Shown: in pieces, positions 47,631 to 59,619 of the stretch
Layout of the letters: every line of letters begins with the position of its first letter
Numbering within the stretch: position 1 is the stretch's first letter
Source of the DNA: an uncultured Rhizobium sp.
GTDB taxonomy: Bacteria > Pseudomonadota > Alphaproteobacteria > Rickettsiales > UBA1997
DNA length: 63,536 nt
Reading direction: 5' to 3'
Assembly: GCA_964461905.1 (NCBI GenBank)
Contig: CAYWVI010000003.1
Location: 1-63,536 of the forward strand
Made by a program: the position numbers and the translations under genes
Notes under the pieces: generated by a model
Databases searched by the model: none
What the model was told of the DNA's origin: nothing
Seen by the model: the letters and a program-made list of their open reading frames with translations, nothing else

Positions 47631-48782
47631 ATGCAACAAACTGTAAAAGACATTTTAGAAAAAAACTCAGATAGAGTTTTACTACGAATTTCAGAAAACG
47701 AACTGGTATCGATAAAAAATGCAATTGAGTCATTTGCCAACGAAATTGCAATGACTCAAACTATTGAGCAAAAAAGAGTGCTGATAAATATAAAGTTTGG
47801 AAATGCGAAAAATAATATTACGCACCTTGCTGCCAAGTTTGGAGATGAAAATAGTATCAAGAAAATTTTAGAACATTTAAATGAAGATCAGGATATTAAC
47901 ATTGTTAATGAAGATCATTTTACCCCGCTTCATTTTGCTGTGATTAATGGTGATTTTGCTATTGTAAAATTATTGCTAGCTGCGGGTTATAATAAAAATG
48001 CCGCTGCTTCTGCAAAGAAACGCAATTGGACTCCAATTCACCTTGCAGCGCAGTATAATCATGCTGATTTAGTAAAGCTTTTAATTGATGCTGGAGTTAG
48101 TAAAGAAACAAAAACTAGTTTTGGTTTAACACCTTTGGTTATTGCTGCTGAATTTGGTGCTAATGAAACTTTAGAATTTTTGCTTTCAATTGGTGCTGAT
48201 AAAAACGTTCAAACTGTGGTTGAAAATCATAAAATGACAGCTTTGCATTATGCGGCGATTGGCAATTTTTGCAAAACAGCATCAATCTTGCTTGAGGCTG
48301 GAATAGAAAAAGACAAGGAAACTAATTTTGGATTTACGGCGTTAGATTTTGCGGCAAAAAATAATTTAGCAGAAATGGCATCTTTATTAATGTGCTATGG
48401 AATAAAAAATTGGAAGAGTTCCCTAGAAGTTGCTTTAGAAAATAAAAGTCATGATGTGGTGGCTTGTATTAAAAAATATCAAAAAGCAAAGTTAAAACTT
48501 TTTAATGTTGGGGGTTTGAAGAATCTTTCAGGGTCTTTGATAAACTCTATTAAAGAGTTTAGTTATGATAACTTAGGGGTGGGTAAAATAGTTGTTGATG
48601 GTGCCGTTTTTAATGCTTTTGGGATTTTATCTATAGATCAAACTATTGGCTGGATCAATAAAGATAAAAAAACATTTAGAGGTTTTGTTATTGATAACGA
48701 TTTTAAAGATTTAGAAAATGAGTTAAAAAGGTTAGATATTCTAGTTACAACAAAGCAGAAAAGTTTTTTGCAAAATAACTAA
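47631..48782 (+). CDS. Ankyrin-repeat protein (about 6-7 repeats)
   Basis: TPLHFAVING, TPIHLAAQY, TPLVIAAEFG, TALHYAAIG, TALDFAAKN. Confidence 0.92.
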   Translation: MQQTVKDILEKNSDRVLLRISENELVSIKNAIESFANEIAMTQTIEQKRVLINIKFGNAKNNITHLAAKFGDENSIKKILEHLNEDQDINIVNEDHFTPLHFAVINGDFAIVKLLLAAGYNKNAAASAKKRNWTPIHLAAQYNHADLVKLLIDAGVSKETKTSFGLTPLVIAAEFGANETLEFLLSIGADKNVQTVVENHKMTALHYAAIGNFCKTASILLEAGIEKDKETNFGFTALDFAAKNNLAEMASLLMCYGIKNWKSSLEVALENKSHDVVACIKKYQKAKLKLFNVGGLKNLSGSLINSIKEFSYDNLGVGKIVVDGAVFNAFGILSIDQTIGWINKDKKTFRGFVIDNDFKDLENELKRLDILVTTKQKSFLQNN

Positions 48783-48807
48783 GCATAAAGATTTTATAAT
48801 AACTAAA

Positions 48808-51800
48808 ATGAAAAAAAAATCTTATCACATACAATTGCGCGCTTTTTCATTAATTGAGGTTGCAGTTGTTATAATAATTATTGGTGTATTGGTTGCGGGA
48901 ATTTTTGTTTCTGATAATTTGATTACAAAATCTCGTTTGCAGATGGCGGTTAACTTATCAAAGTCATCGCCAATTAATAGCATTAGAGATAATGTTTTGT
49001 GGCTTGAAACTAGTTTGGATAGTAGTTTGAAAGATACTGAATCTTTTAATGATGCGTCAATTACTGCATGGAACAGTCAAAATAACTCAGGTAATAAAAT
49101 TACGGTGAATGCTGTTGGTTTGGGTCCAGTTTATGCTAATACAATTAATAGAATTCCGGCTGTAAAGTTTGATGCTAGTAGTGTTGCAAGACCAAGTGTT
49201 GATAATTATCTTGAGATAGAGGATGCCTCATTTCTTAACAAAACAGATTATACAATTTTTGTTTTGGAAAAAAGACAGAGTAATTCATCTAATAATTATT
49301 TTATTGGTGAGAATCTTAATGGAACTGCCAATCAAAGTTTTGCTTTGGGATATAAAAATGATTCAAAGATTGTTCACTCACAAGGTTTGGGAATGTCTTA
49401 TGATTCAACAGTTAGTTTTTATGCTGATTCAAAAGAAAAAGCGCGACTTTTTACATTTATTCATAGTTCAACTGGTGGAAACAAAACTTATATTAACGGT
49501 CTTCTTGCGTCAGAAGATTCAACTAAAACAGGGCATTTAACTAATATTTCTAAGCTTTCTATTGGTAAGGGATATAGCGGTGAAATTGGAGAAATTGCTT
49601 TTTTCACAAGAGCTTTAAACGATAAAGAAAGACAGGATATAGAAGATTATTTGTCTCGAAAATGGGATAGAAAAAATCTAAGATCTTCTGCTCAAGATGG
49701 TTCTTGTTCTTCTGGTATAATTACTGATGGTGGTTGTGATCTTGGTTATAGTTGTGATGCTGGATATATAGGTGCTGATTGTACAGCTTGTGATGAGTCT
49801 AATGGATATTATCTTATAGAAGGAACTTGTCAGCAAGGTTGTATGGTTAATATTACTGGTGCTTCAACAACTTCTGTTCCCGAAGTTACAGATAGTTTTG
49901 ATTGTGATCAAAGTGGTTATGGTGGATCAATAGAATACACATGTAGTGATGGAGTTTTTTCAACCAACAACGTTTGTGCAATAGTTACTGGTTCTGCAAA
50001 TTGCACTGGAGGAATAATTGATAATACAAGTGTTTCAGGATCAACGATACATAAATTTAACTCTTCAGGAACATTCACTTGTTCAGCATCTAAAACAGCA
50101 CAAGTTCTTGTTGTTGCTGGAGGAGGAGGGGGAGGAGGAGTAATTGGTGGAGGTGGTGGTGCAGGTGGGGTTGTTTACAACTCAAGCTATGCTTTAGCAG
50201 CAAGTTCTTACAATATAACTGTTGGTGCCGGTGGTTTGGGTGGTTATGGTCATGATTCTAATGCTCAAGGTGGAACTAAAGGTGGAGATTCTGTTTTTGA
50301 TGTTAATAGCACAACTTTAAAAATAACTGCTCTTGGAGGCGGTGCGGGAGGTCACTGGGGAGGTTCAACAACTTCAACATCTACAAGCGGAGGATCTGGT
50401 GGTGGTGGTAGTAATTCAGCAGCTGCAGGTAGCGGCACTTCTGGTCAAGGAAATAGTGGTGGGGTGAGTTTAAACACTAATTATGCTGGTGGCGGTGGTG
50501 GTGCTGGATCTGCTGGTCAAACTTTTACCAACGGAGTAAAATCAGGAGATGGAGGAGCTGGAGTGAATTACGCTTCTATTTTTGGAACTTCGGTTGGAGA
50601 ATCTGGTTGGTTTGCTAGCGGTGGAGGAGGAGGAGTAAGAAGCGGTAATGGGGCTAATGGTGTTGCTTCAAATGGTGGCGGTGGTGCTGGTACAACCTAT
50701 ACAGTTGTTGCGGAATCTGGAATGCCAAATACAGGCGGCGGTGGTGGTGGTGCAGGTTATAATACTGGAAATTCATCTATAAGATTTGGTGGTAGTGGAG
50801 GATCGGGGGTTGTACTGATTAGCTATATTTCTAGTACAACAACTTGTCCGTCAGGTTATAGTTTGTCTGATTCAAACTGTATAAAATCTTGTGATGTTTC
50901 TGTCGCCGGTGTTTCAACTTCTTCGGTATTTTCTGGAAGTGGTTCTCTTAGTTGTGATGTTTCAGGATATTCTGGATCAGTATCTTATAACTGTAGTTTA
51001 ACAAATGGTCTATCAACAACTGGACAATGTTATCGTACTTGTACTGTTAGTGGTGTTACTGGTGCTAATGGAAAAGTTGTTAGTCATGGATCAACTTCAA
51101 CTTCTTGCAATGCGGGATATATGGGAACTATTAATTATACCTGTAATGATGGAGATTTCCAACCAACTGGCGGATCATGTTCAGTTTCTCCAAGTTGTAC
51201 AGGTGGAACCGTAACCAATCCTTCTGCTGGCGTTACAGTTCATACATTTACATCAAATGGAACTTTTAACTGTACTTATGAAAAGGTCGCGCAAATTTTA
51301 GTAATTGGTGGTGGCGGTGGTGGTGGTGGAAATGGTGGTGGTGGTGGTGGCGGCGGCGGCGTTGTTTATAAATCTTCCATTAATATAGGTTCTGGAAGTT
51401 ATAACGTTGTTGTTGGTGCTGGTGGATCTGGTGTTCTTAATACTACTACTTCAGGTGCAAATGGAAAAAACTCAAGCATAAATATTAGTGGAGTTGAAGC
51501 TGCAGTTGGTGGCGGTGGTGGAGTTAGTAGAGATTCTGGGGGTGCTGCTTCTACTGGTGGTTCTGGTGGTGGTGGTGGTGGTGGAAATATCCCACAACGT
51601 ACTTTTGGTGTTGGAACTTCTGGTCAAGGTTATGATGGAGGAAGTGGAGTTGAATCTGGATGTAATGCTGCAGGTGGCGGCGGAGGCGGAGGTGGTTCAG
51701 CTGGAAGTAATGCCGCTGTTAGTGTTGGAGGCAATGGTGGAAATGGTTATGAAAATTTAATAAGCGGTGCATCAGTTATTTATAGCTCTGGCGGCGGCGG

Positions 51801-51972
51801 TGGTCGTACTTGTAATAGTGGCGGATCTGTTGGAAGTGGAGGTTATGGTGCTGGAAATGGTTCGTTTGGGGCGGGAATTGCTGCAACTGGTTATGGTTCT
51901 GGCGGCGGTGGCGGTGGTGCTAATTCTGCTGGAGGAGCTGGAAAATCTGGTGTTGTGATTATCAGATATTAA
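48808..51972 (+). CDS. Giant prepilin-type protein: pilin N-terminus, LamG-like domain, Cys-rich modules and two glycine-rich domains
   Basis: RA/FSLIEVAVVIIIIGVLVAGI; GEIGEIAFFTRAL..ER..IEDYL.RKW; two HxF.S.GTF...VVAGGGGGG...SGVV.I.Y domains. Confidence 0.85.
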   Translation: MKKKSYHIQLRAFSLIEVAVVIIIIGVLVAGIFVSDNLITKSRLQMAVNLSKSSPINSIRDNVLWLETSLDSSLKDTESFNDASITAWNSQNNSGNKITVNAVGLGPVYANTINRIPAVKFDASSVARPSVDNYLEIEDASFLNKTDYTIFVLEKRQSNSSNNYFIGENLNGTANQSFALGYKNDSKIVHSQGLGMSYDSTVSFYADSKEKARLFTFIHSSTGGNKTYINGLLASEDSTKTGHLTNISKLSIGKGYSGEIGEIAFFTRALNDKERQDIEDYLSRKWDRKNLRSSAQDGSCSSGIITDGGCDLGYSCDAGYIGADCTACDESNGYYLIEGTCQQGCMVNITGASTTSVPEVTDSFDCDQSGYGGSIEYTCSDGVFSTNNVCAIVTGSANCTGGIIDNTSVSGSTIHKFNSSGTFTCSASKTAQVLVVAGGGGGGGVIGGGGGAGGVVYNSSYALAASSYNITVGAGGLGGYGHDSNAQGGTKGGDSVFDVNSTTLKITALGGGAGGHWGGSTTSTSTSGGSGGGGSNSAAAGSGTSGQGNSGGVSLNTNYAGGGGGAGSAGQTFTNGVKSGDGGAGVNYASIFGTSVGESGWFASGGGGGVRSGNGANGVASNGGGGAGTTYTVVAESGMPNTGGGGGGAGYNTGNSSIRFGGSGGSGVVLISYISSTTTCPSGYSLSDSNCIKSCDVSVAGVSTSSVFSGSGSLSCDVSGYSGSVSYNCSLTNGLSTTGQCYRTCTVSGVTGANGKVVSHGSTSTSCNAGYMGTINYTCNDGDFQPTGGSCSVSPSCTGGTVTNPSAGVTVHTFTSNGTFNCTYEKVAQILVIGGGGGGGGNGGGGGGGGGVVYKSSINIGSGSYNVVVGAGGSGVLNTTTSGANGKNSSINISGVEAAVGGGGGVSRDSGGAASTGGSGGGGGGGNIPQRTFGVGTSGQGYDGGSGVESGCNAAGGGGGGGGSAGSNAAVSVGGNGGNGYENLISGASVIYSSGGGGGRTCNSGGSVGSGGYGAGNGSFGAGIAATGYGSGGGGGGANSAGGAGKSGVVIIRY

Positions 51973-52013
51973 TAAACCAATTGTGGTGTAGCTGAGGTGA
52001 AAGTATGCTAAAG

Positions 52014-52049
52014 AAAGTAGGGTGGAAATGGATTCCATCCTACTTTTTT
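52014..52049. terminator. Bidirectional terminator between the convergent pilin-like gene and icd
   Basis: AAAGTAGGGTGGAA...TTCCATCCTACTTTTTT. Confidence 0.8.
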
Positions 52050-52057
52050 AGTTCAAG

Positions 52058-53287
52058 TTATTTAACTAATTTTTTTTGCAATCTACTCTCTATCTCCTCT
52101 AAGAATTCTTCAGTGTAAAGATAATGTTTGCCGTGTTCTACAGAATTTCCATGAATGCAAACGGCTAAATCTTTGGTCATTTTTCCAGATTCAACAGTTT
52201 CGATGCAGGTTTTTTCTAAAGTGTGGCAGAAGTTGATCAAATCTTGATTTTCATCAAGCTTGCCGCGGAATTCTAATCCGCGAGTCCAAGCAAAAATTGA
52301 TGCCATTGGATTTGTTGAAGTTGGCTTTCCAGCTTGATGATCGCGATAATGTCTGGTTACGGTTCCGTGCGCAGCTTCAGCTTCCATGGTTTTTCCATCG
52401 GGTGTAATTAAAACTGAAGTCATTAAACCAAGAGATCCAAAGCCTTGAGCAACAGAATCTGATTGCACGTCGCCATCATAATTTTTACACGCCCAAATAA
52501 ATTTACCGCTCCATTTTAAGGCAGAGGCAACCATGTCGTCAATTAAGCGATGTTCGTAAGTTATTTTTGCTGCGGCGAATTTTTCTTTGAATTCTTTTTC
52601 GTAAATTTCGGCAAAAATATCTTTGAAGCGGCCGTCATATTTCTTTAAGATTGTGTTTTTAGTTGAAAGATAAAGTGGCCAATTTTTTTGTAGTGCTAAG
52701 TTAAAGCATGAATAAGCAAATCCACGAATTGATTCGTCAGTGTTATACATCGCCAAAGCAACGCCAGAAGACTTAAATTTGAAAACTTCATGCTCTATTA
52801 TTTCGCCATTTTCTCCTTCAAATTTGATGGTTAATTTTCCTTTTGAAGGAACCAAAAAATCAGTTGCTTTATATTGATCGCCAAAAGCATGACGACCAAC
52901 AATTATTGGCGAAGTCCAGTTAGAAACAATTCTGGGAACATTTTGACAAACAATTGGTTCGCGAAAAACAGTTCCGTCTAAAATGTTTCGAATAGTTCCA
53001 TTTGGTGATTTCCAAATTTCTTTTAAGTTGAATTCTTTTTTGCGCGCTTCATCTGGTGTGATTGTTGCGCATTTTATGCCAACGCCGCAAGCTTTGATAG
53101 CATTAGCTGCATCAATTGTAATTTGATCGTTTGTGGCATCACGATTTTGAACTCCTAAATCAAAATATTGAATTGGGCAATCGATGTAAGGTGTGATTAA
53201 TTTTTCTTTGATCATTTTCCAAATGATGCGAGTCATTTCGTCGCCATCAATTTCAACAACTGGATTTTTTACCTGAATTTTTTTCAT
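52058..53287 (-). CDS. icd: NADP-dependent isocitrate dehydrogenase (subfamily II)
   Basis: [50 protein letters not shown]. Confidence 0.97.
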   Translation of the reverse strand: MKKIQVKNPVVEIDGDEMTRIIWKMIKEKLITPYIDCPIQYFDLGVQNRDATNDQITIDAANAIKACGVGIKCATITPDEARKKEFNLKEIWKSPNGTIRNILDGTVFREPIVCQNVPRIVSNWTSPIIVGRHAFGDQYKATDFLVPSKGKLTIKFEGENGEIIEHEVFKFKSSGVALAMYNTDESIRGFAYSCFNLALQKNWPLYLSTKNTILKKYDGRFKDIFAEIYEKEFKEKFAAAKITYEHRLIDDMVASALKWSGKFIWACKNYDGDVQSDSVAQGFGSLGLMTSVLITPDGKTMEAEAAHGTVTRHYRDHQAGKPTSTNPMASIFAWTRGLEFRGKLDENQDLINFCHTLEKTCIETVESGKMTKDLAVCIHGNSVEHGKHYLYTEEFLEEIESRLQKKLVK

Positions 53288-53292
53288 AAAAT

Positions 53293-53916
53293 TTATTTTT
53301 TAAATGAAGAGAAGAATTGTCCAATTAGATGTGGTGCTTGTTTTTTAAGATTAAAAAGTTGCGGATTTCGTAAATATTCAACAACAATTCCAGACATATA
53401 ACAAGCCAATGAAATTGCGGTTATTTTTGGATCTAAATCTTTTGGTAAAACTTTATTTTTTTTGGCGCGTTCAAAATATTGAGAAAAAAGATCGATGTTT
53501 TTTAGTTTTTGTTTTCGCTGTTTTTCCAAAATATCTTCCATGCCAGAGTAATCGCATTTGCATAAAAATATTTTTAGAATTTTTTTTCGCATCGAGTCAT
53601 TATCCAGATCAGTTAATAATTTAACGCAAAGTTTTTGCAGTTGGCATAAAGAATCGTCACAATTTTTTTGCATATCTTCAAGAATAGAAGAGGTGAGTGG
53701 ACGACATAATTCTTCATGTAATGCTTCAAAAATATCTTTTTTATTTTTGAAGTGCCAATAAACCGCACCACGTGTTACATTTGCTTCTGAGGCAATTTGT
53801 TCAAGAGTTGATTTTACAAAACCATTATCAACAAACACTTCAATTGCTGCCCGCAATATATCATTTTTGGTACTCAATGAATTTTTCAATTTATTTTGTA
53901 TTTTTTTATCGGACAT
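53293..53916 (-). CDS. TetR/AcrR-family repressor; start corrected to 53916
   Basis: [21 protein letters not shown]; divergent from the RND pump. Confidence 0.92.
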   Translation of the reverse strand: MSDKKIQNKLKNSLSTKNDILRAAIEVFVDNGFVKSTLEQIASEANVTRGAVYWHFKNKKDIFEALHEELCRPLTSSILEDMQKNCDDSLCQLQKLCVKLLTDLDNDSMRKKILKIFLCKCDYSGMEDILEKQRKQKLKNIDLFSQYFERAKKNKVLPKDLDPKITAISLACYMSGIVVEYLRNPQLFNLKKQAPHLIGQFFSSFKK

Positions 53917-53961
53917 AATTTGTAAAAATGCTTGTAGAATAAATATTAAACTAATTAATGT

Positions 53962-53989
53962 TAAACATACATACACGAATGTATGTTTA
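53962..53989. promoter_or_regulatory. AcrR-type operator palindrome
   Basis: TAAACATACAT-acacga-ATGTATGTTTA between the divergent tetR and acrA; resembles the TACATACA...TGTATGTA AcrR site. Confidence 0.8.
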
Positions 53990-54018
53990 CAGACACTATC
54001 TAAAATTTCTCAAAAATT

Positions 54019-55116
54019 ATGAGCAATAAAATTAAAAAACAAAGTTCACTTATTGTTGTGAGTGCGCTTGTAATAACGATTGTTGGAACTTTTTTCTGGC
54101 TCAATCCAAAATACAATCAAGCAAGTTCATTTAAGGCAAGCGAAAATAGAGCTGCTGAAGTTGCAGTTACAATAGTGCAAAAACAGAATGTGGAGTTATT
54201 TCAAGATTTACCAGCACGAGTTAATGGTTTTAAAATTTCTGAGGTTCGTCCACAAGTTGGTGGCGTTATTAAAGAAATAAAGTTTAGCGAAGGTAGTTTT
54301 GTTAAAAAAGGTCAACAGCTTTACCAGATTGATCCAGTTATGTATCAATCAACTTGGCAAAGTGCTCAAAAAAATCTAAAGGCTTTGCGTGCTAAAAGAG
54401 ATCGCTACAAAATTTTGTTAGAACAAGACGCTGTTAGCAAACAAGAATTTGATGATATTGAAGCGTCTTTTGCGCAAGCTGATTCTGACGCTCAAAAAGC
54501 AAAAGCGAATTTTTCTTATAGTAAAGTTTTAGCACCAATTTCAGGATATATTGGTAAATCAAATTTAACTGAAGGTGCCTTAGTTGACGCGAATCAAACT
54601 AATCCTTTAGTAACAATTGTTCAGTTAGATCCAATTTATGTTGATATGGTTCAAACCACAAAAGATGCGTTAGAGATAAAAGATCATAATCAAATCAAAG
54701 TAACAATTGCCGATGAAAATTCTTCTGAAATTGCTGAAGGAAAATTAAAAATGATTGAGAGCTTTGCTGATGAAAGCACTGATTCTGTAAGGTTGAGAGC
54801 TTTATTTGAAAATAAAAATAAAAAGTTAATTCCGGGAATGTTTGTTAAAGCCAAACTTCATTTAAAACCAATTGAAGTAATCTTAGTTCCGCAGCGCGCT
54901 ACAATGCGCACTCCAGATGGAAACCTAATGGTTTTTGTAGTGCAAGGAGACGTTGCTAAAATGCGCCCAATTAAAGCTGAAAGAATTTTTGAAGATTCTT
55001 GGATTGTAGATTCAGGTCTTGAAGATGGTGAAGTTTTGATTGTTGAAGGTTATCAAAAAATTGCCGATGGAGCTAAAGTAAATACAGTTACTTTTAATGC
55101 TGAGGTGCAAAAATAA
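54019..55116 (+). CDS. acrA: RND efflux periplasmic adaptor (AcrA/MexA family)
   Basis: [42 protein letters not shown]. Confidence 0.9.
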   Translation: MSNKIKKQSSLIVVSALVITIVGTFFWLNPKYNQASSFKASENRAAEVAVTIVQKQNVELFQDLPARVNGFKISEVRPQVGGVIKEIKFSEGSFVKKGQQLYQIDPVMYQSTWQSAQKNLKALRAKRDRYKILLEQDAVSKQEFDDIEASFAQADSDAQKAKANFSYSKVLAPISGYIGKSNLTEGALVDANQTNPLVTIVQLDPIYVDMVQTTKDALEIKDHNQIKVTIADENSSEIAEGKLKMIESFADESTDSVRLRALFENKNKKLIPGMFVKAKLHLKPIEVILVPQRATMRTPDGNLMVFVVQGDVAKMRPIKAERIFEDSWIVDSGLEDGEVLIVEGYQKIADGAKVNTVTFNAEVQK

Positions 55117-58100
55117 TGTCTAATTTTTTTATAAATCGACCAATATTTTCTTGGGTTTTGGCGATTATTATCATGCTGGCTGGTATTTTGTCGCTTTTTA
55201 AAATGCCAATTGAGCAATATCCAAATATTGCGCCACCTTCTGTTTCAATTTCAACTTCAATGCCGGGTGCTTCGGCTGAAACTATTGAAAATAGTGTAAC
55301 GCAAGTGATTGAACAAAGTCTTACCGGACTTGATTCTTTGCGCTATTTTACCTCAAGCAGCGATTCTAATGGAAATGCCACAATCACCTTAACTTTTGAG
55401 CCAAAAACAGATCCCGATATTGCTCAAGTTCAGGTGCAAAATAAATTGCAATCAGCAATGCCGCTTTTGCCACAAGAAGTTCAGCAGCAAGGTGTTCGTG
55501 TTAATAAATCGAATAACAACTTTTTGTTGGTAATTGGTCTTTACTCAGAAAATGATTCGGTGAGTGAAGAAGAGCTTGGTGACATTCTTTTGTCAGATAT
55601 GAAAGACAACATCGCCCGTATTAACGGTGTAGGTAATGTAACAATTTTTGGTGATCCGCGTGCAATGAGAATCTGGGTAAATCCTGATAAACTCTATTCT
55701 TATAAGATTACAATTGCTGAAGTTATCGCGGCAATTAAAGTGCAAAATGCAGATGTTGCTGCTGGTCAGCTTGGTGGTTTGCCATCTATTAAAGGTCAAC
55801 AAATTAATGCCACAATTACAGCTCAATCAAAGTTAAAAACAGTAGATGATTTTAAAAAAATAGTCTTGCGTGTTAATAAAAATGGTTCGCAAGTTCGTCT
55901 AAAAGATGTCGCAAAAATTGAGCTTGGTTCACAAAGTTATGATAGGGTTGCTCGCTACAAACGCCATCCAGCAGCTGGAATGGCAGTGATTTTAGCCAGT
56001 GGTGCTAATGCTCTTGATACAGCAAAAAGTGTTAAAGCTAAGGTTGAAGAGATGAAACAATTTTTGCCAAAAAGTGTTCAAGTTATTTATCCTTATGATT
56101 CAACTCCTTTCATTAAACTTTCAATTGCTGGCGTTGTTGAAACTTTGTTAGTGGCAATTTTGTTGGTGTTTTTGGTGATGTTGATTTTCTTGCAGAATTT
56201 TCGTGCAACTTTAATTCCTACAATTGCTGTTCCTGTTGTTTTACTTGGAACTTTTGCAGTTTTATTTGCGTTTGGTTTTACGATTAACACTTTGACAATG
56301 TTTGCTATGGTTTTAGCAATTGGCTTGCTGGTTGATGATGCAATTGTAGTTGTTGAAAACGTCGAACGAATTATGCATGAAGAAGGTTTATCGCCAATTG
56401 AAGCAACAAAAAAATCAATGCAGCAAATCACAGGAGCTTTGATTGGTATTGCCATGGTACTTTCGGCAGTTTTTGTGCCAATGGCATTTTTTGGTGGTTC
56501 GGCTGGTGCAATTTATCGTCAATTTTCAATTACCATTGTTTCATCAATGGTCTTTTCGGTTTTGGTGGCATTGGTTCTTTCGCCATCACTTTGCGCCACA
56601 ATTTTAAAACCAGCATCAAAAGATCATAAATTAGCACAAAATAAATTTCTGAATTTTTTTAATAATCGTCTTGATTTCGGTAGAAATTTTTATGTTTCTT
56701 CGGCTAATAAAATAATCTCGCGTCTTTATAGATTTTTTATGATTTATGTAGTGATGATTGGCGGATTAGTGTTTTTATTTAGCCGTTTGCCAACTTCATT
56801 TTTGCCAGTCGAAGATCAAGGTATGATGTATTTAATGGTAAATACACCAAGTGGCTCAACTATGGAGCGCACAGTGGAGAGTTTGAAAAAAGTTGAAGAC
56901 TATTTTTTAGAGCAAGAAGCAGAAAATATCGATCACTTGTTCACAGTTGCTGGTTTTAGTTTTGCTGGTAGCTCACAAAGTGCTGGTTTTGGTTTTGTTG
57001 GTCTAAAAGATTGGAGTTTGCGCAAACGTGCCGATCAGCATGTAGCAGCAATTTCTGGTCGTGCTATGGGAGCTTTGTCGCAAATAAAAGATGCTTTTGT
57101 ATTTACATTTTTCCCGCCACCAATTCGTGAACTAGGCAACGCTTCTGGATTTGATTTACAGCTAATTGATCGTAGCCAAATAGGGCATAATGCTTTGATG
57201 AATGCCCGTAACCAACTTTTAGGAATGGCGGCAAAAAATCCGCTATTAATTGGCGTTAGACCAAATGGTTTAAATGATGTTTCTCAATATAAGATTGATA
57301 TTGATTATGAAAAAGCTGCAGCATTGGGAGTTAGTTTTTCAGATATAAATCAAACTTTACAATCAGCTTGGGGATCTTCTTATGTGAATGATTTTCTTGA
57401 TAAAGGTCGTATTAAGAAAGTGTATTTACAAGGTGATGCGCAATATCGTATGTCTCCAAAGGATTTAAAGAAATGGTATATCAGAAATAATGAAGACAAA
57501 ATGGTTTCTTTTGATAGTTTTTCTTCAGCGCGTTGGACTTTTGGATCGCCAAAGCTTGAGCGTTTTAATGGAGTTTCTTCTTTAAATATTCAAGGTGGTG
57601 CAATTCCGGGAGTTAGTTCTGGTGTTGCTATGTTAGAAATGGAAAAAATGGTAAAGCAATTACCGCAAGGTATTGATTATGCTTGGTCAGGAATTTCTTA
57701 TGAAGAAAAAAAATCTGGTTCACAAACCATAATGCTTTATGCCATTTCTTTATTGGTGGTTTTTCTATCTCTTGCAGCACTTTATGAAAGTTGGTCAATT
57801 CCATTTTCTGTAATTTTGGTTGTGCCTTTTGGTGTGCTCGGAGCAGTGATTACTTCAATGGCATTTGGAATGAGTAATGACGTTTATTTTCAAGTTGGAT
57901 TGCTCACAACAATTGGTTTGTCAGCAAAAAATGCAATTTTGATTGTTGAGTTTGCACGTGATCTTTATCATAAAGGTCATAGCGCAATTGAAGCGACCTT
58001 GATTGCAACTAAATTAAGATTTCGTCCAATAATGATGACTTCAATGGCATTTATGCTTGGAATTTCTCCTTTGGTATTAGCTTCGGGTGCTGGTTCAGCA

Positions 58101-58238
58101 AGTCAGCGTGCAATTGGTGTTGGTGTTATGGGTGGAATGTTAGCAGCAACTTTTATCGCCACTTTATTTGTGCCGATGTTTTATGTGTTCGTAGAAAAAA
58201 TTGCTAAGAAGTTAAAAGGTGCCAAAAATGAAAATTAA
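55116..58238 (+). CDS. acrB: RND efflux transporter (AcrB/MexB family)
   Basis: [48 protein letters not shown]. Confidence 0.95.
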   Translation: MSNFFINRPIFSWVLAIIIMLAGILSLFKMPIEQYPNIAPPSVSISTSMPGASAETIENSVTQVIEQSLTGLDSLRYFTSSSDSNGNATITLTFEPKTDPDIAQVQVQNKLQSAMPLLPQEVQQQGVRVNKSNNNFLLVIGLYSENDSVSEEELGDILLSDMKDNIARINGVGNVTIFGDPRAMRIWVNPDKLYSYKITIAEVIAAIKVQNADVAAGQLGGLPSIKGQQINATITAQSKLKTVDDFKKIVLRVNKNGSQVRLKDVAKIELGSQSYDRVARYKRHPAAGMAVILASGANALDTAKSVKAKVEEMKQFLPKSVQVIYPYDSTPFIKLSIAGVVETLLVAILLVFLVMLIFLQNFRATLIPTIAVPVVLLGTFAVLFAFGFTINTLTMFAMVLAIGLLVDDAIVVVENVERIMHEEGLSPIEATKKSMQQITGALIGIAMVLSAVFVPMAFFGGSAGAIYRQFSITIVSSMVFSVLVALVLSPSLCATILKPASKDHKLAQNKFLNFFNNRLDFGRNFYVSSANKIISRLYRFFMIYVVMIGGLVFLFSRLPTSFLPVEDQGMMYLMVNTPSGSTMERTVESLKKVEDYFLEQEAENIDHLFTVAGFSFAGSSQSAGFGFVGLKDWSLRKRADQHVAAISGRAMGALSQIKDAFVFTFFPPPIRELGNASGFDLQLIDRSQIGHNALMNARNQLLGMAAKNPLLIGVRPNGLNDVSQYKIDIDYEKAAALGVSFSDINQTLQSAWGSSYVNDFLDKGRIKKVYLQGDAQYRMSPKDLKKWYIRNNEDKMVSFDSFSSARWTFGSPKLERFNGVSSLNIQGGAIPGVSSGVAMLEMEKMVKQLPQGIDYAWSGISYEEKKSGSQTIMLYAISLLVVFLSLAALYESWSIPFSVILVVPFGVLGAVITSMAFGMSNDVYFQVGLLTTIGLSAKNAILIVEFARDLYHKGHSAIEATLIATKLRFRPIMMTSMAFMLGISPLVLASGAGSASQRAIGVGVMGGMLAATFIATLFVPMFYVFVEKIAKKLKGAKNEN

Positions 58239-59619
58239 AAAAATTATAATTATATCATCTGTTTTTGCAGTTCTTTCCTGCACTTTAGCACCAAAATATA
58301 ATCGTCCCAAAACTCCTGACATTGCTTTGGAAAAAGATGATTCAACAAAAAAGTCAATCTCGCTAATTTCATGGCAGGAATATTTTCAGTCACCAGATTT
58401 GCATCGCACAATTCAAACTGCTTTATTCAATAATCGTGATTTGCGTGTTGCTAATATTAATATCGAATCTGCACAAGCAACTCACGGTGTAGTGCGTGCA
58501 GATCTTTTGCCTACAATTAATGCAGTTGGTTCACAAACAAGGCAGGGTGTTCCGGGAACTTTTGCTAGTTTTATGCCTAAAACACAATATCGCGCCAATA
58601 TTTCTTTAGCAAATTACGAGATAGATTTTTTTGGAAAAATGCGTTCACTAAAAAAATCAGCACTGGAAGATTTTTTAGCATCCACGCAAGCCAGAAATGT
58701 TACTAGAGTTTCTTTGATTGCTGAAACAGCGAATTCTTATGCACAACTTTTGCTTGATCGTGAATTGTTAAAAATTGCTGAAGAAAGTTTGCAAGAACAA
58801 AAAAAACGTTACGAATTTAGCGAGTTAAGATATAAAAGCGGACTTGATTCGGAATTAGATTTATTAAATGCCCAAAACACTATTGAAGAAACAAAAAATA
58901 ATTTAGAAACCTATAAAAAATTGGTGAAGCAAGATGAAAATGCTTTGATGCTTTTGATGGGAGTTTTTGAAAGAAGTGCTTTGCCGCAAGAAGATGTTAC
59001 ATTAAGTGATGTAAAGGTTAAAGAGGAATTGCTAAATTTTGCACCTTCACAATCTTTGCTTTTGCGTCCAGATGTTGTGCAAGCCGAACATGAATTAAAA
59101 AGTGCTAATGCCAATATTGGAGCGGCTAGAGCAGCGTTTTTTCCATCAATTAGTTTAACTGGAAATTATGGTTATGCTTCGCGTGATGCTGCAAATTTAT
59201 TCAACTCAAAAATTTGGACTTTTACACCACAAATTAACCTGCCAATTTTTACAGGTGGTAAAAATATTTATAATTTGAAGTTAGCTGATTTGCGCAAAAA
59301 AACTGAAATAGCACAATATGAAAAAACAATTCAAACAGCGTTTCGTGAAGTTTTAGATCAGCTAGCAGAAAGAGAGTCAACAAAAAATCAGCTCGAATCT
59401 TTTGATAAAATTTATGCTAACAAAAAAAGAGTAAATGATGTTTCTAAAATAAAACATGAAGCAGGAATTAACAGCGCAGTGAATGTTATTGATGATAAAA
59501 TAAACTTTCTTGTTGCTAAACAAAACCAACTTACTGCTCAAAAACAATATTTGGCAAATTTGATTACGCTCTACAAGGTTATGGGTGGTGGAAGTGAGTT
59601 AGAAGTGGAAGTTAAATAA
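58228..59619 (+). CDS. Outer-membrane efflux lipoprotein (OprM/NodT family)
   Basis: Lipobox [12 protein letters not shown]; [30 protein letters not shown]. Confidence 0.93.
   Translation: MKIKKIIIISSVFAVLSCTLAPKYNRPKTPDIALEKDDSTKKSISLISWQEYFQSPDLHRTIQTALFNNRDLRVANINIESAQATHGVVRADLLPTINAVGSQTRQGVPGTFASFMPKTQYRANISLANYEIDFFGKMRSLKKSALEDFLASTQARNVTRVSLIAETANSYAQLLLDRELLKIAEESLQEQKKRYEFSELRYKSGLDSELDLLNAQNTIEETKNNLETYKKLVKQDENALMLLMGVFERSALPQEDVTLSDVKVKEELLNFAPSQSLLLRPDVVQAEHELKSANANIGAARAAFFPSISLTGNYGYASRDAANLFNSKIWTFTPQINLPIFTGGKNIYNLKLADLRKKTEIAQYEKTIQTAFREVLDQLAERESTKNQLESFDKIYANKKRVNDVSKIKHEAGINSAVNVIDDKINFLVAKQNQLTAQKQYLANLITLYKVMGGGSELEVEVK

Noticed and set aside
51983-52010. GTGGTGTAGCTGAGGTGAAAG as a tRNA fragment
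   Set aside because: No anticodon arm, T-arm or acceptor complement follows.
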